A stretch of DNA of 64,000 bases from positions 17,112,001-17,176,000 of the forward strand of contig OX597825.1 in assembly GCA_951406725.2 (NCBI GenBank), written 5' to 3'. Under the pieces are notes generated by a model. That model saw nothing but the letters and a program-made list of their open reading frames with translations, made no database searches and was not told the origin of the DNA. The stretch comes from Octopus vulgaris. Its lineage: Eukaryota. Every line of letters starts with the position of its first letter. The first letter of the stretch is position 1. Of the stretch, positions 13,108 to 26,921 are shown piece after piece. The translations under genes were made by a program, and so were the position numbers.

Positions 13108-13472
13108 TGTGTGTGTGTGTATTATAAACGTTTATTGTTTGTGCATATACAGATAGTTATGTACACTAACATACACACAGATATATGTATGCATATATAT
13201 TTATCCACATGTCAACTTCAAAGATATACATGTATTCCTATGCGGGTGCATATATCTTTATACATATATATATATATATATAATTTCAAGATATCACTAT
13301 TTGGTTTAACATCCTTATTGCAACGAATACAATTCCATGTCGGGAACAACTCGCCAGACTTGACTTCACTTAAACGGATATTCTAAAAACAATTTGGAGT
13401 TTGTTATATACGGCTCGAATCGAATGTTGTGGTACAGTGCACTGCTTGTTAGCGTGGCACTATATATACAAA

Positions 13473-13760
13473 CAGAGTGCAAGGGGTATTTGAGGACATT
13501 TCGTTTTTAGTTCATTACACTTCCAAATTATTTAATGTATCATTTTTTTTTTTTTTCAGATCATCCTTTCAAGATATCATGCTAACTCAAGAAATGAAAA
13601 GACATGCAGTCACGGTTGCTATACATGCAAACCAAAAGTGATTTAGAAATTAGCAATTTTCTAAATGCTGGGAGATCATTTGTACACAAGCTTCAGATGG
13701 AATTGGAGGCATGTAATGTTGATGTTTCACCTGTATGAAAGAGAAAAAAAAGTAACATGT
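13473..13760 (+). mobile_element. 5' fragment of a Tc1/mariner (maT-like) transposon
   Basis: Translates MLTQEMKRHAVTVAIHA..SDLEISNFLNAGRSFVHK, an HTH-like transposase N-terminus, with frameshift and stop. Confidence 0.55.
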
Positions 13761-13779
13761 TTTCTTATCAGCCCGATGG

Positions 13780-14062
13780 CTGGTGCCAATCTGGGGTACC
13801 AGCGTTTGCTTTGTCACACATTCACTAAACCTCATCTCATGTGAATGAGGATGATTGACGTTGCTGCTCTCATCTTTGTTTCTGACCTTGAGGTAATTTC
13901 ATCCAGAATTCTTGACTAGAGACCGAGTTTTGTCCTGGTCTCACAGGCCTCATACAAGGATATTGCAGACCTGTGGTCCCTTGAAGCCCAAGCAGTTGCT
14001 ATATCTGGTCCTGTATCCTGATAGCCAAGTATGGGTTTTGGGTTCTAGGCAGTGTCACCCCC
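13780..14062 (-). mobile_element. Decayed CR1/L2-group LINE 3' end
   Basis: Minus remnants TRYSNCLGFKGPQ and TSRSETKMRAATS resemble CR1-group C-termini. Confidence 0.5.
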
Positions 14063-14231
14063 ACACATACGCACATATAAAACACGCGCACACACAAACA
14101 CACGTTCTTATTTACATATGTAACGAACACTGCTGGAGTTCAAAATTCACAACAGCTGTTTCGACCCCTACACACTAATAGACCTAAATTTTACGGAACT
14201 TTTTGTCCTCTTAATCCTTTCTGCCGAAAAT

Positions 14232-14336
14232 CACTTATTGATCGGTTGAAATAGTCTAATAGACTAAGAATACATAAGCATGTATGATAAACATACTTAT
14301 TCTTAGTCTATTGGATTATTTCAACCAATCAAAGTG
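14232..14336. repeat. ~35 bp inverted repeat / hairpin (MITE-like)
   Basis: ttgatcggttgaaatagtctaatagactaagaata pairs with tattcttagtctattggattatttcaaccaatcaa (3 mismatches). Confidence 0.8.
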
Positions 14337-14664
14337 TAATCTGTATTGTTCTTTTTCATGCCCTGAAGATATTCCACCCAAACTATTTTGAAATAAAACG
14401 CCATTCCACCATTCATTTCCTTTGTTGCCACATTACGGTAGTATCTAGAAAGAAAGAATTAGATTTTGCAATGAAAGATAAGTCGGATAAACATATGGTC
14501 GGATAAGTAGACAGACAAATAGAAGGGAGATGACAGGAGCATGCTGGATTTGTGATAATGGTAATAATAAGCGAAAATATGCGATTAATTAAGGTAATAA
14601 TGATGGCAGTGGCGATAAACCTGGTAATAGCACCTGCACAGGTGACTATTTGTTGGCACAGTTT

Positions 14665-14712
14665 TTTGGGTGGCGGTGATGGTGTTGATGGTGTTAATGG
14701 TGGTGGTGACGT

Positions 14713-14743
<31 letters not shown>

Positions 14744-14900
14744 AAAGATGAACGCGTTGATGGCGGTGCTAAGGTGTCGGAATTGTGTTGATGATAGTGA
14801 AGACGGTGATGATGATGATGATGAAGATGGTGGTGGTGGTGGTAGTGGTATTGGTGGTGGTGATGGTGGTGGTAGTGATCATTTTGAGGATGATAATGAG
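14665..14900. repeat. Degenerate (GAT)n/(GGT)n low-complexity tract
   Basis: Directly visible; source of the poly-D/G/H ORFs. Confidence 0.85.
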
Positions 14901-15408
14901 TATAACGGGGACAAACGAGGGCGGTGGGTATAGAGCTGATTATGTTTGTACCGTAGGCGTTGAGGATGAAGAGAATGAACAATGTTTGTGACGATGAAGT
15001 GGATAATAAAGATAACGATGATTATTTTCGTTGTATTAATGACGGAAGTGATGTTGCTGTTGTTTTTGTTGCTAATGTTGTTGTTGTTGTTATTGGTTTT
15101 TGTTGGTGGTAGTAGTTGTGAAAAATAAATATGGTGCAAGAGATGTTTTTACACCTTGGTGCTATCGGTGGTGGAGTTGGTTGTGATAGTTATGATTTCG
15201 TCAAGCTACCGATTTAGGTATAAGCATTAAAAACAAGAGATATGCACACTTAGATAAGCAACACATACGGAGTCATACACACCAATACGCTCACGTAAAC
15301 ACACCAAGACACAGATGCATGCAAACACGCAAGCTCTACCAGGTTCACATACACACACACGTTCAGTTGTAATTTCAGGGAAGTGTGTATATAGCCATAC
15401 ACATATAC

Positions 15409-15852
15409 GCGCAGGAGTGGCTGTGTGGTGAGTAGCTTGCTTACCAACCACATGGTTTCGGGTTCATTCCTAAGGCGTGCCCCTTGGGAAAGTATCTTCT
15501 ACTATAGCCTCGGGCCGACTAAAGCCTTGTGAGTGGATTTGGTAGACGGAAACTGACAGAAGCCTGTCCTATATATGTCAATATATATGTGTATGTGTGT
15601 GTGTGTGTTTATGTGTTTTGTTTGTCCCTCCAACATCGCTTCACAATAGATGGTGGTGTGTTTACGTCCCCGTAACTAAGCGGTTCAGCAAAAGAGGGCG
15701 ATAGAATAAGTAACCTAGCGGTTCGGTAAAAGGGTCCAATAGAATAAGTACTAGGCTTACAAAGAACAAGTCCTGGGATCGCTTTGCTCCACTTAAGGCG
15801 GTGCTCCAGCATGGCCACTGTCAAATAACTGAAACAAGTAAAAGAGTAAAAG
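15409..15852 (+). mobile_element. SINE family A, full length, with ~40 bp internal duplication
   Basis: gcgcaggagtggctgtgtgg head to gaaacaagtaaaagag tail; taac(c)tagcggttc...atagaataagta repeated twice. Confidence 0.9.
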
Positions 15853-16377
15853 CGTATATACACACAAACGTGCGAACAAACAAGTATACATGCAACCATA
15901 TAAGTACAAACATACGTACATATTTTTAAAAATCTTATATGTATTTTTGGACACAATTCTTGAATTACGGCTTTTTTTACAATCATTTTAATTTAGCGCA
16001 AAGGTTTTTGTAACAGTGAGCATTAAAAAAAAATTATATATAGTTTCTCCAAGACGGAATTATCTACATTGCAATTTTACCTATTTAGAAAACTGTATTA
16101 TTTGGGAGATTGTCAAAGTCTATTTATACGATATCGGTATTCAATTGCAAGCTTCCTATTACAATGTTACTAATTTTAACGTTAAGGCGTTTTCATTTGA
16201 GTAGACAACCCGAAGGAAATACATATCAAATATTATTTTGTAAAACCCAAGACTCTTTAGACCCACTGTACTATAGTTACTGCACAAAATAGAATTCTGT
16301 AACCTGCTTTTCTCCTTCTGTCAGGAATTAAAGCATGCTTCTACTCCTACATATCATATAAATATATAAATATACCT

Positions 16378-16765
16378 AGGAGTGGTTCTATGGTAAGTAC
16401 CTTGCTTACGAGCCGCATGGTACCGGGTTCAGTCCCACTGCGTGACATCGTGGGCAAGTGTCTTCTACCATAGCCTCGGGCCGACCAAAGTCTTGTGAGT
16501 GGATTTGGTAGACGGAAACTGAAAGAAGCCCATCATATATATGTATATGTGTGTGTATATATGTATGTGTGTGTGTGTGTTTGGGTGTATGTGTTTGTCC
16601 TGTCAACATCGCTTGACAACCGATGCTGGTGTGTTTACGTCCCAAAATTAACCGATAGAATAAATACTAGGCTTACAAAGAATAAGTCTTGGGGTCGATT
16701 TGTTCGACTAAAGGCGTTGCTCCAGCATGGCCACAGCCAAATGATTGAAACAAGTAAAAGTAGAA
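16378..16765 (+). mobile_element. SINE family A
   Basis: Head, body and tail all match the other copies. Confidence 0.9.
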
Positions 16766-16909
16766 GTAATATTTATATGTACATATACACATATGTGCAA
16801 GTGCATAAAATCATTTGTGTATATACGCAACGAGTGTGTGTCTATAGACACACGCGCACACACACAGAGATAAACATGAGTGATTTGTGTGTATACATGT
16901 GTGTATATA

Positions 16910-18263
16910 TACACGGTGACCACAAAAACACTTCCAGATTTCACGATGTTATATTTAAATTCAAATATATTGATGAACATGTGAAACGATATTCTAACAG
17001 CAGTTATTTCATTTTTTCAGGTGGCTAAACATCTTTGACCTTAAATCCACAGGTGTGCAAGGAAGTCTAAAAATGGGCGCTACCCCACAGCAATGCAGCT
17101 GGTGTCTAGTGGAATTTGCTAGATCAAACAACATTGTGGACGTGCAACGTTCTTTCAGACTCAGATATCATACGATTCCACCGACACTCAAGTCCATTCG
17201 GAAATGGTACAACGATTTTAATAAGAAAGGGTGTAGTTGTGATAAGAGAAAGGGGCATTCTGGCCGACCATCAGTCTCACAGGAATTTATTAATCGAGTT
17301 AGAATAAAAGTCGTGCATAGCCTCAAAAGGTCAATACGAAGCGCTAGCCGAGAGTTTCAACTCCCCCAAAGCACAGTTCCCAAGGTCCAACATAAACACC
17401 TAAAGTTTGTCCCTTAAAAGCTGCAGTTAGTCTAAAACTCCACCCAAAAGATAATGGAATGCGATTTGAATTTTGTGAGAATATCCAGAAGTTAATGGAA
17501 GATAATGATAACCTGCTGTCAAAAATCATTTACAGTAATAAGGCTATATTTCACTTGAACGGTAAAGTCAATAGGATTAACGTGCGTATATGGGGGCTTT
17601 GATATCCCCATGCTTCCCAGGAAATTGAGCGAGACTCACCAAAAGTTAACGTGCTTTGTGCGGTATCAGAGAGGACGGTGTATAACCCCTTTTTTCTTTG
17701 AGGGAGGGACTGATACTGGTCAGTGTTAACTGGAGATGCTGACCGATTCGATGTTTCCTCGACTAGCTGCTGAGGGCGATGACTACTTTTTCCAGCGAGA
17801 TGGTGCTCCACCGCACTGGGATCTCGCAGTCAGGATATTTCTCACAGTCAGGAGATTTCTCACTGAGCACTTGTCAAACAGACGAATTGGTCGTGCTGGA
17901 CGGACGTGATGATCAGGTGTTCTGCAAGTGGCCTGCGAGGTCACCGGATCTAACTGGTTGTGACATTTTTCTTTGGGGGTACGTGAAGTGCACAGTTTGC
18001 GTACCACGGTAACATGCAACCGAGGAGGAGCTGAACATTTCGATCACTGAAGCAGTTAGCACGGTAACCTCAGATACATTGCTGAGTGTCTGGAACGAAC
18101 TGGACTATCGCATCGATGTTTTCCGAGCAACCAGGGAGGCGCACATTGGGTGCCTTTAATGCTACCCTATACGACATGAAACGGAATGAAATTCTGCATC
18201 TGAAGCTACTAACTGTGAAAGCTTATTACAATACATTTACATATTATATCTGTTTAAAATCAG
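16910..18263 (+). mobile_element. Near-full-length defective Tc1/mariner transposon (DUF4817-type N-terminus, DDD family)
   Basis: MGATPQQCSWCLVEF...SGRPS...RSIRSASRE, FHLNGKVN, FQRDGAPPH, WPARSPDLTGCDIFLWGYVK; stops and frameshifts; left TIR after TA, right TIR largely lost. Confidence 0.88.
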
Positions 18264-19291
18264 TATATATATATATATATATATATAAAAGGAAATGAAG
18301 AGAATGCTGACAAAATAATTTAAGTAATTTAATTAGGTGAAAGTTCTTTTTACCAGTTGCGCATTTGTTATGCTTATCAAAAGAATTTTTTTAAAGAGAG
18401 ATAGAGTTCCTTTTCTCTGATGATCCAGTCATAGCTTTGTAGCTTAACAGAATATTCCCAACAATAGAAAGTTTGCTATAAAACACATCTAAAGTATCAA
18501 AACGCACCGATATTTTGAGAACTAATTTCGTAGTCTTTTCGAAATAATCATATTAACAGACCCCTAGAAACGAAACAGCCAAGTGCATTTCTCCATTCTC
18601 AGTAATTATATAATTTAGCCCACAACTCTCTGAAGTATATATTGTACATAATTGCATATAGATATCATAAGCAAATAGATGGCGCCACCTTATAGAATTG
18701 AGTCGTGATACAGTTCTTTCATTTCAGTTAGTAAGTGCAAAGATAACGAGAATGAGGTGCAATAAATGAAATCTACTTCAGCCTTTTTGATGTGTTTCTC
18801 AGCGCGACAGCCATTGCATTGTTATAGCTCATGAAATAAGCTGCATGTTTTACTTCGTATTTATTTTACCATCTTTGAAATGATAGAAACGCAAAGACTA
18901 TCTCTCTTAGTTTCAATTAAATTCTTTCATGTAATTTCTTCTTCTACTTAGGTACTTCAACACGACGATAGCTTTCTTTCGGGTGAAAAAAAAAAAAAAG
19001 AAGAAGCAAATATCAAAACTATGAAGTACGCTTTGAGTCCAAATAAACATGTATATAATTAGTTATCGGAGCGATAATGGAGAAGAAGAGAGGGAGAGAG
19101 TGTGAAAGGGAGAGTGTGGAGAGGAGAAAAAATTAGGAAAAATAGACAAAGGAGGGAAACATAAAGGCAAAAAAGAATAGGATTTTTTTAGTAATATATA
19201 TATATATATATATAATAGAAATATTAAAATTACTAACTCTCTCTAAAGGAGATAACGGCAGCGTTACTGGATATTAATAGTTATCGCCATA

Positions 19292-19356
<65 letters not shown>

Positions 19357-19373
19357 TATACATATATATATAC

Positions 19374-19438
<65 letters not shown>

Positions 19439-19448
19439 TGTATACATT

Positions 19449-19479
<31 letters not shown>

Positions 19480-19580
19480 GCATACATATATATATGTATA
19501 TATATATACATATATATATATATGTATATATATATACATATATACATATATACATATATATATATATATGTATGTATTTT
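19292..19580. repeat. (TA)n-dominated microsatellite
   Basis: Directly visible. Confidence 0.95.
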
Positions 19581-20117
19581 ATTAATATTTAGCAGAAGTA
19601 ACAGAGGACTCAAGGTCCAAGAATTTTTTTGCGTTGGCACTTATCATATGTGTATGTGTGTGAGTATGTATGTATATATGTCTGTATATGTGTGTGTGCA
19701 TATATATATATTAAGCAGAAAATGGAGAAAACCTTTGATCAACAAACATCTGTTATTTTTTTTTAATACAAAAACTTTAACATTGCCCTATCTGCTATCT
19801 ATGTCACTCGGTGCTTCCAAAGAGAATTATGATAATAATTATGAGAATAATATTCATTTTTGTAGCACTTTCGATGCGGTACATGGAGCTTCATGAGAGT
19901 GAATACAAATATATAAAATAAAAGATGAGAAGAGGAAAGAATAGGGCCTCCAGATGAGCAAAGAAGGCTTAATAAATTAGGATCATACCATTTTGGAGTG
20001 TAAAGCTTGAAGTCTATGAGCTGATGAATTAACTAGAAAAATAGTTGGTGGGTTCATCTTTCTTTAGGAGAACTAGGGCTGCTCATCGACTAACATTAAA
20101 ACTAACTTATATTTAAG

Positions 20118-20350
20118 AAGGCGGTGAGCTGGCAGAAACGTTAGCACGCCGGGCGAAATGCGTAGCCGTATTTTGTCTGCCGTTACGTGCTGAGTTCAAA
20201 TTCCGCCGAGGTCGACTTTGCCTTTCATCCTTTCGGGGTCGATAAATAAAGTACCAGTTACGCACTGGGGCCGATGTAATCGACTTAATCACTTCGTCTG
20301 TCCTTGTTTGTCCCGTCTATGTCTAGCCCCTTGCGGGCAATAAAGAAATA
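20118..20350 (+). mobile_element. SINE family B, full length
   Basis: aaggcggtgagctggcagaaacgttagc A-box, gagttcaaattcc B-box, gtcgactttgcctttcatcctttcggggtcgataaa domain, tail ...aaagaaata. Confidence 0.9.
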
Positions 20351-20443
20351 TATATTTACGCGAAGCGGGCCCCAAAAGCCAGCACAGCAACCTAAAACGA
20401 TCTTTCTCTTGTGACACGAACCTACATATGCATAAATACATAC

Positions 20444-20476
<33 letters not shown>

Positions 20477-21159
20477 CACAAAGACACAATCACACACACA
20501 CATCTATAATAATTATGATAGCCATAAGGAGTTGATATAGATGTTAGCCCTTCAATTACTCTAATGAAAATAGCGAGATTGGTGCACTCAAAACGAATCC
20601 CAATGAAATAAGTATAATGTGTATGATTGCGAATGATGTCATTGCAGCATACATTGTTTGAACAGAAAACAAGTGCATCAACTAATTTTTAATTATTAAA
20701 GGATTTTTCATTCATTTTGTTTATAACTATTGTTTTCCAGGAACAAATATTATGGGAATATCTTGATGCGATGATACAAAATAAATAAATAAAATAAAAG
20801 ATATCTAAAAATAAAATAAACGAAATTATTGGAAATATACAGCATATAACCGATAAGGAAAAATGGTATAAAAATGGTAGCATGATACGTGGGCAACAAT
20901 TCGTTATAATAAACAAAATGGATATTGTAACACTTTCTAGACAACAACGATACAATTGTCTCAGATTCTTGCTGGGAAACATTACACAGGGGTAAAAATT
21001 TGCCCATAATTTCTGTTAAGTTTGCTTTTTGTTTTCTTGATTTTGACTAATGTCAGCATACTGATTTGAAAACTTACAGTTCGTTTTCCTCTACCACGTT
21101 AAATTATATTTTTTTCTACTTACTCAGTGACTAAGCACAATTGTTTGTAATAGCCCAGG

Positions 21160-22400
21160 GAACACTATGGTAAAAAAACTTTCTGTTGTCTCGCAACTTA
21201 CTATTAGTCTAACCTTATGCAATGCTCCTGCGTTCAGAAATACCCTCAGAGAATTTATACCATGTAAATCTTTTTTGTTAAACAGGAATTTTTGTTTTCG
21301 TTCTTTTTTTTCAATAACAAATAACATTTTGCCATTAAATGCCATACTGAAATAAGAAACTAATACAAACCAAACAATACTATTTATTGTTTAACAAATA
21401 TATTAAGCAACATGTTTATTTACTCACCTTAGGGTAGGTCTTTCTTTCAAACTAGTGTTTCAACTACTCAAAGAATGAACTTTATCTTTGCTGCTTTGTG
21501 TGAATAACTTACATTACGACAGTCTCTTTGCAGCGACCAGCAGCAATCAGCCATCATTTTTGCATTCCACCTGTCTTGATAGCTAATCTCCACAGTTTTG
21601 ATGTCTTGGTAGAATCTCTATCTTTACTTATTACCAATTGCACTAGGATTTTCAGTAAATTGGTAGAGGTTACTGTGCAGTAAATGCACTTTAACACTGA
21701 TACTGCAGCCCAGTACTCGAAAACTGCTTAATGGGGTCTGAACACATTCTTCATAATTTGATGACTTCTTATTTCACAAGCGATCAGACATAACTGTAGC
21801 AAACGTACTCCATATTCTTTTTCCAATGTCAGACGTCGTCTCCAAAATCTGCTGGTCCTTCAATAACCACCTACTTTGTGGCCCGTCAAACACACCACAC
21901 TTAATTTTCTAACAAGTCAAAGATAGGGACATTCTGCTTAAATATTTCAAACAGTCACTGTCGTAGTGTTTCAACACGTTTTACACACTATATGGGGTGC
22001 CCAGCCTTATTTTCATCACAGAGTTTCTTGCCAGAATATGTAAAGTAAGCTTTCTTCAACAAATCCGTGATTCTGTTTCGCTTTTCAGGTAAAGGGTAAC
22101 ATCCACAAATATATAGCAGACGACATCGGGGCTGTGTTTGCTCTTCCTTTTCTCAAAGCAGGCCATGTGTCTGACACATACAAAACATATTTGAGCAAAT
22201 TATCAGCTGGGAAAAGCATTTTCGGAATTGTCAAATTTCGTAAAGTAAACAAATGCAGATTTTTAATGCTAAAATTTCATAAACAGAATCCACATCATAA
22301 AGTTCCTACTATAGTTCTTTGACCATACTTGACAAATTCAAACATAGCTGAACTTGGAATTTATTGATTTCATACTTTTGTTTCATTTGTACACGTATGT
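21160..22400 (-). mobile_element. Internally deleted Chapaev3-like (CMC) DNA transposon
   Basis: Minus: SPDVVCY-ICG...KKAYFTY...WAPHIVCKT zinc-finger N-terminus joined at ~21950 to KIKCGVFDGPQ...ISVKVHLLHS...RFYQDIKT.E..YQ.RW...MMADCCWSL C-terminus. Outer boundaries approximate. Confidence 0.75.
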
Positions 22401-22697
22401 TCATGTTTTCAAAAACGTTATGCGAATTACATACCAATAGTAACCTTATGTAGGGGATTTTTAAATGTGAGGAAAATAATTATCCGCTAATTTCTTGTTG
22501 CGGTGTCAATGACTGTGAGAAAAGAATAAATTTTATGGATATATTGATGCGTAAGTGACAATCTAGACGGTAGCAAAATTTTAAGACAACCTCTGCATTC
22601 TGATGCTCTTTACATGTAGGCATGTACAATGCATTATCTATAACTCCAAGAAATTTTTGATATCGCCCAAGAAATTTTTATATATTTTAAAGACCTA

Positions 22698-22860
22698 GGT
22701 GCAGGCGTGGTTATATCATAAAGAAATTGATTTTCAATCATATGATTCCGGGTTCAGTATTACTGCTTGGCACCATGGGCAAGTGTCTTCTACCATAGCA
22801 TCAAGCCTACCAAAGGTTTGTGAGTGGATTTTGTAGACAGAAAATGAAAGACTGTCAGGT

Positions 22861-22924
<64 letters not shown>

Positions 22925-23150
22925 GTGTGTTTGTGTGTATATTTATGTCTGTGTTTGCCCTCCAGAATTGTTTCACAACCGGTGTTGTTGTGTTTATATC
23001 CCTCGTCACTTAGCGGTTCTGCAAAAGGGCCGATAGTAGATGTATCAGACGTTAAAAGACTATGTACTAGGGTTGATTCATCCGAATAAAAATTCTCCAT
23101 GCTGTTGCCCTAGCATGGCCACAGTGTAATGACTAAAACAAATAAAAGAT
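22698..23150 (+). mobile_element. SINE family A (older copy)
   Basis: Diverged head, body and tail. Confidence 0.8.
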
Positions 23151-24363
23151 ACACGGCAAAAGATTTATGAAGGATTATACATATATGTTATTGATTATCC
23201 CTTCGTGTGCAGATGTGCCTGTCAACATACGCATACATGTAATTTAAAAGAAAACTAATATTTTGATCACGATTAAAGAGTAAAACAGAAACACGTCTAA
23301 TATAATTTTCCAAATATTATATAATAAATATTTATACAAATTTAATTATTGCTGAAAAGTGTTAAACTTTACACATTTCGTAAAGTGTTTACCCACGCCA
23401 TAAAGTTAAATTAACATAGAATAGAAAATGTACCTTTCTTAATATTATGTAGGCGATTTAAATTCTCATTAAGTGTATAACGAACCAGTTAAATGGATGC
23501 AATAAAAATACTGCTGCTAATGTCAAGAAGTCAATTGTGTTAATAAAGAAAATATAATGGTTGATGCTTTAAACGTTAAGCGAAGCCAAATTTAAGTATG
23601 TGCTAAGAATACGTGTCAATTGAATTAGCAAATACAAAATGAGAAAGCAACAATATTAGATTGTGATGTTTAAAGAAACGAGATACGAAATAATGATTTT
23701 TAAATCTGTAAGGTCGTAAATGCTTGGAGAGCGTAGAGTCGATTAATATAGTGGTTATATATGTGGTACTTATTTTGTTTATATCTAAGCGAAAAATATC
23801 ATCGTTCATTAGAGAACATTTATACTATCGCAAGGTGCATTAATTAATTAAGTCCACTTGATTTATTAATTCTAGTTACAGAATATAAATGTTTACTGGG
23901 TATGAAGTGCAATTACATTGAGAGGGCCTTCAACACAAAATTGAGTTCTTTGTGTTTATTCCAAATATGTTTTATATGCGGATAAATTGCGTCGTATTCA
24001 TGTTCATTGTGGTAGTTCTGATTATCAATTATTACGGTGTATGTTTCGAATTCCATCACAATATAATCCTATTCACACTCCATCAGTTATACATTCATAC
24101 ACATGTATACATACGTATACACACACACACACGCACGCATATATACATATATATAAAAATAAAAAAAGGGGTTTGTATGATTGTGTATAGAGGGATATAT
24201 ATTATTCAAAGGAATTCCAACACTGTTTTTTATGTTTTATTTATATTCTTTATAATATTAATGTAAAATATAGAATATAAAGTATAAATAGTATATATAG
24301 TATAATGAAATGAAGCATTGATTGTCTTATTGAATAGATGAAATGTTGAATATCAAATATTAA

Positions 24364-24407
24364 GGGACTAGTATACTTTCTTGCATTAAAGCAGTCTTCA
24401 AGGCCCC
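24364..24407 (-). ncRNA. Minimal type I hammerhead motif (slightly degenerate) in a pLTR-like remnant (~24170-24412)
   Basis: Minus: GGGGCc TTGAAGA cTGC-tttaat-GCAa GAAA GTATAC T A GTCCC; palindromic stem III AGTATACT; AATAAA downstream. Confidence 0.55.
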
Positions 24408-24412
24408 AGGTA

Positions 24413-24590
<178 letters not shown>

Positions 24591-25672
24591 ACTAGCCTCA
24601 GTACCCTGCGCTTCAGGGAAGCTTAAAGAATGGTAAAAAAGATATTTTGAAAAAAATTCTATCAGATGACGTGAGTATAAAGAAAGTTATTTTAAAAACC
24701 CTGAAATCAATCACAGTTAAATATACAATGATGTCAGTGTGGCCTCTAATTGGTGTACAAAGCAAAGGAGTTTGGGGGCTTACAACCCACGTATATCCCG
24801 AATATAAGAGAAGCAAGTAGAAGCAAAGTTAAGTCCAAGAAGGTTGAGATATTGTGCTTAACATTTGTTTATGGACATATCAAAATTGGAGCCGTTTAAA
24901 TTCATAGGGCAGGTCAGATGGGATTATTGGTATCTGTGCAATGAATATATTGTCACCCATATATTTCCCAAGAGAAATGAATTTTGGTGGTAAGGACTAA
25001 GCCTCTTGTTTCATTATTTCAATTAAAAAGCGTTTATATTTACTTTTAAAAAAAAGGAGGTGGGGGTTCATAGACGTATGCTGGAAATTTATTCAATATC
25101 GTGTTTGTTTCTATCAGAATCGTTTACCTTAAAGGGAAAAAGTATACGACAGGTATGTAAAACATATTCCAGATTTTGAAAATAAAGCTAAAAAGTTACT
25201 GAGCACCCCCGCCCCTTAAAACTTACCCCTTTCTTTTCTACCCACGAGGGGCTAAACACAGAGAGGACAAACAATGACAGACAAACAGATTAAGTCGATT
25301 ATATCGAACCCAGTACGTAACTGGTACTTATTTAATCGACCCCGAAAGGATGAAAGGCAAAGTCAACCTCGGCGGAATTTGAACTCAGAACGTACCGGCA
25401 GACGAAATACCGATAAGCATTTCGCCAGGCGTGTTAACGATTCTGCCAGCTCGCCGCCTTAGAGCTTATCGGTGATCTTTCGTTTTAGCTCGGTGTGTGT
25501 GCACGCAGTTCAGCTTTTACCTTACGGTGCTCGGTAAATTCCGAAAAAAAATTTTGTTTATTTTTCTGAGTGGAAATATTTATTTGAAATCAGCATAAAG
25601 TGAAAGAGAGAAGAAACTGACATGGACGTGTGTATGTATTAATGAGAGGGGGTGCTAGACAGAAAGTGTTTA

Positions 25673-25714
<42 letters not shown>

Positions 25715-26500
25715 CGTAAATTTTACTTAGCTACATATACATAGATGCAAAAAATATGTCATGAGAACACACACCTTTAATCACTCACTGACTCTCTCTA
25801 CCTCACAGGCACACATAAAAAAACATGTATGTATATGTATTTAAGTATGAACGTGTATATGACAGATAATGGGTCTACATATGTGTTTGCGCGCGTGTGT
25901 GACTGACCCTAGCCATTTTAGACATACATGACAACACGCCTCTCTCTCTCTCTCAATCAATTAATTACTCACACACTAAAAAAATGCGAAAAAAACTAAA
26001 TAAATAAATAAAATTTACGCAATCACTCTCTCCCTCTCACTCTCTCTCACACACATACACTGAACAAGGCATATGCTCTTTCTCTCGCTCTCTCTCGCTC
26101 TCTCTTCCCCTCTCTCTTTCTCTCTGACAACACCTCTCTCTGTCTCTCAGTCAAACAGAATAAAAGATGCGAGAAAAAGTGAATAAATAAAATTTACGCG
26201 ATCACTTTCTTTCTTTCTTTCTCCCCCCCCTCTCTCTCTCTCTGTCACACAAACACACAGCAACACACCCTTTCTGTTTCTAGCAATAAAAGTGAAACTA
26301 TTTTACCGCTGAAAAATAATCGGAAGAGTCGAATGAGAGGAGGGCTACAACTCCCTATATGGGCAAAAGTCAAACCTTGACACCCCTAGAACCTTCGCCG
26401 ATTAATGAAAAACATACATGCCAAATTTGGTATAGAATGATCCAGCACGGTTTAGCAGTGCATAGAGGAAACACACAGACACATACACACCCTAAGCATT
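24591..26500 (+). mobile_element. Putative non-autonomous Helitron/Helentron-like element with nested SINE
   Basis: 5' actagc...ccctgcgcttcaggg hairpin; 3' catgccaaatttgg...ggtttagcagtgcatagagg...acacagacacatacac, typical of non-autonomous Helitron-type ends; internal repeats. Confidence 0.45.
25235..25460 (-). mobile_element. SINE family B
   Basis: Full reverse-complement match to 20118-20350. Confidence 0.9.
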
Positions 26501-26524
26501 TTTACCCATGCTAACGATTCTTTT

Positions 26525-26715
26525 ATTTCTTTACTGCCCACAAGGGGCTAAACATAGAGGGGATAAACAAGGACAGACAGACGGATTAAGTAGATTACAT
26601 CGACCCCAGTGCGTAACTGCTACTTAATTTATCGACCCCGAAAGGAAGAAAGGCAAAGTCGACCTCGGCGGAATCTGAACTTAGGACGTAAGGACAGACA
26701 AAGTGCCGCTAAGCA
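26525..26715 (-). mobile_element. SINE family B (5'-truncated)
   Basis: Reverse-complement match to the family B body and tail. Confidence 0.85.
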
Positions 26716-26822
26716 CGCACAAATCATGTATGTACACATATATATATGCACATCCAGACACATACAAAAAAAGGCACGTATTTACATATACATACGTACA
26801 TACACAGATACATATATATACA

Positions 26823-26862
<40 letters not shown>

Positions 26863-26869
26863 CAAGTAA

Positions 26870-26921
<52 letters not shown>

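Noticed and set aside
18410-18590. CTGATGA ... GAAACAGCC as a long-stem hammerhead
   Set aside because: About 150 nt apart with no supporting helices.
20830-20995. Plus-strand KWYKNG...RYNC as an Ig-domain exon
   Set aside because: Short motif match only, in-frame stop, no convincing splice sites or neighbouring exons.
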